A stretch of 64,000 bases of DNA from an uncultured Candidatus Binatia bacterium (GTDB taxonomy: Bacteria; Desulfobacterota; Binatia; UBA9968; JAJDTQ01). Of this stretch, positions 58,941-64,000 are shown one piece after another (positions within the stretch are counted from its first letter, which is position 1; each line of letters opens with the position of its first letter). A model generated the notes under the pieces. The model saw only the letters and a program-made list of their open reading frames with translations. It had not been told where the DNA came from and did no database searches. Made by a program: the position numbers and the translations under genes. Location of the stretch: NCBI GenBank assembly GCA_965213675.1, contig OZ243916.1, positions 2,400,001 to 2,464,000 of the forward strand. The letters are read 5' to 3'.

Positions 58941-59798
58941 CTAACCGCCCAAGGCATCCTGGATGGCGCGGGCGGTGTTGAGCCGGGCCAGATGGGCGCG
59001 GAACTCGCCGGAGGCGTGGATGTCGTCCAGGGCTTCAACGCCGTCGGCCACCCCGGCCGCGGCCGCGGTGATGGCGTCGGCCGTCAGCGCCTTGCCCCGA
59101 AGCGCATCTTCCACCGCGGTGGCGCGGAAGGGCGCGCCGGCCAGGCCGGTGACGCCGATGCCGATGTCGGTGCAGGTGTCTCCGTCGGTTTGCAGGCACA
59201 CCGCGATGCCGACGATGGCGAAACCCGAGGCCTTCTGCTTGACCTTGCGATAGGCGGCGCGGGTGCCGGCGGCGGGCACGACCACGCTCAAACCCGTCAG
59301 GATCTCGGTCGGTCCGATGGCGGTGGTCAGTGGGCCGAGGAAAAAGTCCCCGGCGGCCACCGTGCGCGAGCCGCCGCTGCTCGTCAACTCCAACCCGGCG
59401 CCCATGGCCAGCAGTGCCGCGGGCCAGTCGGCGGCCGGGTCGCCGTGGACCACGCTGCCGCCGATGGTGCCGCGGTTGCGCACCTGGGGGTCGCCGATGC
59501 TGCCGGCCACCTTGGTCAGCAGCGCGCAATTTGCGTTGACATCGCTCGACGTCTCCACTTGGTGATGGGTCACCAGGGCGCCGACGCGGAGCGCGCCGCC
59601 GGCCAACTGGATCTGCCGCAGGGAGTCCAGCCGCTTGAGGTCGATGACCACCTCCGGCTGGGCCAGCCTGAGCTTCATCATCGGCAACAGACTGTGGCCG
59701 CCGGCCATCACCTTGGCGTTGTCGCCGCCCGCCGCCAGGCTGGCGGCCGCGGCCTCCAGGCTGTCCGGAACGATATAGTCGAAGGCTGCTGGTATCAT
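58941..59798 (-). CDS. coxM: Molybdenum hydroxylase FAD-binding subunit (CoxM-like)
   Basis: AGGHSLLPMMKLRLA and QVRNRGTIGGS. Confidence 0.85.
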   Translation of the reverse strand: MIPAAFDYIVPDSLEAAAASLAAGGDNAKVMAGGHSLLPMMKLRLAQPEVVIDLKRLDSLRQIQLAGGALRVGALVTHHQVETSSDVNANCALLTKVAGSIGDPQVRNRGTIGGSVVHGDPAADWPAALLAMGAGLELTSSGGSRTVAAGDFFLGPLTTAIGPTEILTGLSVVVPAAGTRAAYRKVKQKASGFAIVGIAVCLQTDGDTCTDIGIGVTGLAGAPFRATAVEDALRGKALTADAITAAAAGVADGVEALDDIHASGEFRAHLARLNTARAIQDALGG

Positions 59799-59850
59799 GA
59801 TTGGCTCTCTCGCTATGGGATCGCTTGCGGATCCGTCGCTTGACAGTGGC

Positions 59851-62178
59851 CTACTTCGCGCCGCCCTGGCACAGGCGCCAGATCTTTTCTGGCTTGAGCG
59901 GCATGTCGATGTGTTTGACTCCGAACGGGGCCAGCGCGTCGACCACGGCGTTGACGATGGAAGGCGTGGAGCCGATGGTGCCGGCCTCGCCCACGCCCTT
60001 GACGCCCAGGGGATTCACCGGCGACGGGGTCTCGGTGCGATCGAACTCCAGCGCCGGCAGGTCCTCGGCCCGGGCCACGGCGTAGTCCATGAGGCTGCCG
60101 GTGAGGAGCTGGCCGTCCTCGTCATAGACCACCTCTTCGAGGAGCGCCTGTCCCAACCCCTGGGCGATGCCGCCCTGCACCTGACCGTCCACGATCAGCG
60201 GGTTGATGACCTTGCCGCAGTCGTCCACCGCCACGTACTTCCGGATCTCGACTGCGCCGCTCTGGGTGTCCACCTCCACCACGCACACGTGGGTGCCGAA
60301 GGGAAATGTGAAGTTCGACGGCTCGAACACCGACGTGGCCTGAAGACCCGGCTCCATGCCCGCGGGCAGCTTGGTGGCCACGTGCGCCTGCAGCGCCACT
60401 TCCTGGATGGTGATGCCCTTATCGGGCACTCCCTTGACCGTGAACCTGCCGTCCTCAAACTCCAGGTCGTCGGTGCTGCACTCCAGCACGTTGGCGGCGA
60501 TGGCCTCGGCCTTTTCCCGAACCTTCTGGGTCGCCATGTACACCGCGGTGCCGCCCACGGAGATGCCGCGGCTGCCGAAGGTGCCGATGCCATTGGGCAC
60601 CACGGCCGTGTCCCCGTGCAGCACGGCCACATCCTCGATGGGAAGCCCGAGATCGTCGGCGACGATCTGCGCGAAGGTGGTCTCCTCACCCTGGCCGTGG
60701 GGCGACACGCCCGTCAGCACCGTGGCCTTGCCGGTGAAGTCCATGCGCACGGTGCCGCTCTCCCAGCCCCCCGCGGGCAGCGCCGCCGAGGGTCCCATGG
60801 CGCAGATTTCGACGTAGGTGGAAAAGCCGATGCCCAGGTAGCGGCCTTCCGCCCGGAGCCGCTTCTGCTCGGCGCGCAGATCCTCGTAGCCCACCATGGC
60901 CAGGGCCCGGTCCAGCGCCGCCTGATAGTTGCCGCTGTCGTAGGCGAGCCCGGTGGCCACCTGCAGCGGAAAGTCCGCAGGCTGGGCGAAGTTCTTCCGG
61001 CGCACCGCCACCGGGTCCATGTCCAGTTCGCGGGCGATGAGGTCCAGGGTGCGCTCGATCACCAGGGTGGCCTCGGGCCGGCCGGCGCCGCGGTAGGCGT
61101 CGGTGGCCACCTTGTTGGTGAAACCGCCGGTGGAGGTGAATTTCAAGGTCGGGATCTTGTAGGAACCGCTGATCATCAGGCCGGTGAGCGGCGGCATTCC
61201 CGGCGTCAGCAGTTGGTGATAGGCGCCGGTGTCCAGCAGGCTGTCGTAGGTGACGCCCAGGATGGTGCCGTCCCGTTTCACCGCCGCTTCCACGGTGCCC
61301 ACCTGCCCGCGTCCGTGGATGGTCGCCTGCATGTTCTCCCGCCGGCCTTCAATCCACTTCACCGTGCCCTTGAGCTTCATGGCCAGATAGGCCAGCAAGC
61401 CCTCCTCCCGGTAGACGTTGAGCTTGCAGCCGAAGCCGCCACCCACCTCCGGGGCGATGATGCGAATACGGTGTTCCGGGTAGTTGAGCATGAGCGCCAG
61501 CATGGCCCGGAGAAGGTGCGGGATCTGGGTCGAACTCCAGACCGTCAGCTCGTCCTCGCCGGGGAAGTACCGCGCCACCACACCGCGAGTCTCCACCGGA
61601 ATGGGCGCAAGCCGCTGGTGGACAAACTTCTGCTTGACGATGACGTCCGCCTCGGCGCGGGCCTTGTCCATGTCCCCGGTGCCGCACGCGAAGGTGAAGG
61701 CCTGGTTGCTGTCCCACTGGGAATGGACCAGCGGCGCGCCCGGCTGCAACGCCTTCTCCAGATCCGAGACCGCGGGCAACGGCTCGTAGTCCACCTCGAT
61801 GAGGTCCAGGGCGTCCCGGACGGTGTACGCGTCCCCGGCCACCGCCACGGCCACGGGCTCGCCCACGTAGCGCACCTCGTCCTGAGCCAGCACCGGATGC
61901 GGCGGCGTGCGCAGCGTCGGATTGGCTGCGGCGCAGGGCACCGAGCCCACGCTGTCGCCGATGTCCGCGCCGGTGACGACGGTGACGACACCGGAAAGCG
62001 CCTGGGCGGCGTCCGTGTGGATGCCCTTGATGCGGGCGTGGGCATGAGGACTTCGCAGGATGGCCGCGTGCATCACGTCCGCCATGCGGAGATCGTCCAC
62101 GTAGTGCGAAAGCCCCTGCACCAGACGGGGGTCTTCGCGCCGCTTGACCTTGGTTCCTACAAGCTTGCTTACCGGCAT
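59851..62178 (-). CDS. coxL: Molybdenum hydroxylase large subunit (form II CoxL-like)
   Basis: VGGGFG.K, AYRGAGR, HGQG.ET, GQ..GGIAQG and GVKGVGE; the 59797-62844 plus-strand ORF is its shadow. Confidence 0.85.
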   Translation of the reverse strand: MPVSKLVGTKVKRREDPRLVQGLSHYVDDLRMADVMHAAILRSPHAHARIKGIHTDAAQALSGVVTVVTGADIGDSVGSVPCAAANPTLRTPPHPVLAQDEVRYVGEPVAVAVAGDAYTVRDALDLIEVDYEPLPAVSDLEKALQPGAPLVHSQWDSNQAFTFACGTGDMDKARAEADVIVKQKFVHQRLAPIPVETRGVVARYFPGEDELTVWSSTQIPHLLRAMLALMLNYPEHRIRIIAPEVGGGFGCKLNVYREEGLLAYLAMKLKGTVKWIEGRRENMQATIHGRGQVGTVEAAVKRDGTILGVTYDSLLDTGAYHQLLTPGMPPLTGLMISGSYKIPTLKFTSTGGFTNKVATDAYRGAGRPEATLVIERTLDLIARELDMDPVAVRRKNFAQPADFPLQVATGLAYDSGNYQAALDRALAMVGYEDLRAEQKRLRAEGRYLGIGFSTYVEICAMGPSAALPAGGWESGTVRMDFTGKATVLTGVSPHGQGEETTFAQIVADDLGLPIEDVAVLHGDTAVVPNGIGTFGSRGISVGGTAVYMATQKVREKAEAIAANVLECSTDDLEFEDGRFTVKGVPDKGITIQEVALQAHVATKLPAGMEPGLQATSVFEPSNFTFPFGTHVCVVEVDTQSGAVEIRKYVAVDDCGKVINPLIVDGQVQGGIAQGLGQALLEEVVYDEDGQLLTGSLMDYAVARAEDLPALEFDRTETPSPVNPLGVKGVGEAGTIGSTPSIVNAVVDALAPFGVKHIDMPLKPEKIWRLCQGGAK

Positions 62179-62181
62179 GGC

Positions 62182-62664
62182 TTACGTCCCAGCTTTCATT
62201 TGTTCCGCGGCCTGCTTCACCGCGTCGACGATATGCTTGTACCCGGTGCACCGGCAGATGTTGCCTTCGAGCCCGTGGCGAATCTCCGCTTCCGATGGGC
62301 TCGGGTTCTCCTGGAGAAGCTGCCGCGTGGCCATGATCATGCCCGGCGTGCAGAAACCGCATTGGAGGCCGTGGCAATCCCAGAAGGCTTGCTGTATCGG
62401 ATGCAGCCCGTCATCGGTGGCCAGGGACTCGATGGTCTCCACCTCGCATCCATCCGCCTGCACCGCCAGCAGGGTGCAGGACTTCACCGCGGCCCCGTCC
62501 ACCATGACCGTGCAGGCCCCGCACAGGCTCGTCTCGCAACCGACATGGGTCCCGGTGAGGGCCAGCGCTTCCCGCAGGTAGTGAACCAGCAACAGGCGCG
62601 GCTGCACCTCGTCCGTGCGGTTGACGCCGTTGACTCGAACCTCGATCTTGATGGTATTGCTCAT
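62182..62664 (-). CDS. coxS: (2Fe-2S)-binding subunit (CoxS-like)
   Basis: GC..S.CGACTV..SC, QCGFCTPG and CRCTGY. Confidence 0.88.
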   Translation of the reverse strand: MSNTIKIEVRVNGVNRTDEVQPRLLLVHYLREALALTGTHVGCETSLCGACTVMVDGAAVKSCTLLAVQADGCEVETIESLATDDGLHPIQQAFWDCHGLQCGFCTPGMIMATRQLLQENPSPSEAEIRHGLEGNICRCTGYKHIVDAVKQAAEQMKAGT

Positions 62665-62844
62665 GGTCCTCCGTCCTCTTGCGATCACAATATACTTGGT
62701 CCAAAGTCAGGTCAACAATTTTTTCGGCGCAACAAAACGCCTGCGCAGCTTGCCGCAGGAACCTGCGGGACACGACACCAAGCCGTTGGCGCGGGATGGG
62801 GAAAGCCCGCGGCGGCGCGCATACAGGAAACCAGGAGAAAACTC

Positions 62845-63792
62845 ATGAAAGTATTCATCACCGGAGCCGGCATGCTCGGATGTCACGTGGCCAGAGAACT
62901 GGTGCGCGCGCGGCACTCGGTCCACCTCTACGACGTGAACCCCGATCCCGCCTACGTCGCGGCCATCGCGGGAAAGCAGCGCGTGACCACGGTGCGCGGC
63001 GACCTCCTGGACCTGCCGAATCTGATGCGCGCGCTGGCCCAAGCCAGGCCAGCCGTACTGGTGCATACCGCCGGACTCATCGGCGGCCAGGTGGAGAGCC
63101 CGCCCTACCGCGGCTTCCGCACCAACACCGTGGGTTCGGTGAACGTGTTCGAGGCCTGTCAACTCGCCGGAGTGAAGCGGCTGGTGCACGTCAGCACCTT
63201 CGGGGTCTACGACTGGGCCAACATCCGCAAGGGTCCGGTCAAGGAGGACGCGCCGCGCTGGGGCAACCGCTTCTACCCCGCCACCAAGGTCGCCAACGAG
63301 GTGATGCTGGACGCCTACGAGAACCACTACGGCATGGAATGCGTGCGCATCCGCCCCAGCGGCGTGTATGGCCCTGGCCACTACCGCGGCGGCTCCGGCG
63401 GCGGCATCGCCATGAACGACCTGGTGCGCGCATGCTTGGGGGAGGGGCCGGTGGTGCTTGAGAAGCGGCACGTGGGCCCCAACGATTTCATCTACGCTGC
63501 GGACGTGGGTCGCGGCATCGCCCTGGCCTGCACCGCCAAGGACGCGCCCGGCAAGGCGTTCAACATCGCCGTGGGAACGAACTACGGCCCGAAGGACTTT
63601 CTCAAGGCGCTGGGCAAGCTACTGCCGGGGCGGGCCATCGAGTTGGCCGAGGGCGCGGACCAAGGGAAGGGCCGCCCGCGCGTGGACCTTTCCGCGGCCA
63701 GGAGCATCCTCGGCTACGAGCCGCAATACACGCTGGAAAAGGGGCTCGCGGACTACATGAAGGTGGTGCGGCGCCACGGCTTCTGGCATTGA
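62845..63792 (+). CDS. NAD-dependent epimerase/dehydratase family protein
   Basis: AGGAG-ATG; ITGAGMLG, ST..VY, YPATK and RP..VYGPG. Confidence 0.9.
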   Translation: MKVFITGAGMLGCHVARELVRARHSVHLYDVNPDPAYVAAIAGKQRVTTVRGDLLDLPNLMRALAQARPAVLVHTAGLIGGQVESPPYRGFRTNTVGSVNVFEACQLAGVKRLVHVSTFGVYDWANIRKGPVKEDAPRWGNRFYPATKVANEVMLDAYENHYGMECVRIRPSGVYGPGHYRGGSGGGIAMNDLVRACLGEGPVVLEKRHVGPNDFIYAADVGRGIALACTAKDAPGKAFNIAVGTNYGPKDFLKALGKLLPGRAIELAEGADQGKGRPRVDLSAARSILGYEPQYTLEKGLADYMKVVRRHGFWH

Positions 63793-64000
63793 GCCCGCGA
63801 CGGGATGGGAACCCCGCTTTCGCGGGAACGGGGGCCCGCACGATTCAGGCGGCGGGCCCGTGTCCGGGTCGAGGAGCCTACGCAGGCTTTCCCGCGCGGG
63901 ACGCAAAGCCCTGGAGGATGCCATCGACGTCCACCCCGAGTTCACGCCCCTCCCGGATGACGCCCTCCTTCTGGCTGCTCCAGCTCTGGACGAACATGTT

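Noticed and set aside
59851-62178. True aerobic CO dehydrogenase
   Set aside because: Lacks the AYxCSFR motif and the form I gene order
59797-62844. N-terminal extension of the 1331-aa ORF
   Set aside because: Antisense shadow of coxL and coxS; the epimerase starts at 62845
63860-64000. Possible partial CDS at the window end
   Set aside because: No clear start or recognisable motif in the available sequence

Overview
High-GC Gram-negative bacterial chromosomal window that alternates housekeeping or metabolic genes with heavily rearranged accessory DNA. The housekeeping side has an RND pump, oppABC, ABC exporters, radA, dinB, hemE, hemY and a form II-like coxSLM molybdoenzyme. The first ~24 kb is an island with two parts: a translationally coupled AAA_14/DUF4143 + NACHT-nuclease pair behind a perfect 36-bp palindrome, and two convergent giant Calx-beta/FN3-like autotransporter-type genes. 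The first autotransporter gene is out of frame at a (ATCGCCGG)x32 tract in its 5' leader; its paralogue carries only 2 units in frame, which suggests a slipped-strand ON/OFF switch. The second gene lies in a decayed ~8.5-kb integrative element (integrase and relaxase remnants) that appears to have inserted into the LIDT codons of a vapC toxin, separating it from its fitA-like antitoxin and giving it a new start codon. Further on are a grdC-grdA pair without the other grd genes (grdA is a UGA-recoded selenoprotein with a SECIS-like hairpin), several toxin-antitoxin modules, clusters of gene fragments and REP-like palindromes. No rRNA, tRNA or CRISPR array was seen. All family calls come from motifs read by eye; no database search was run.
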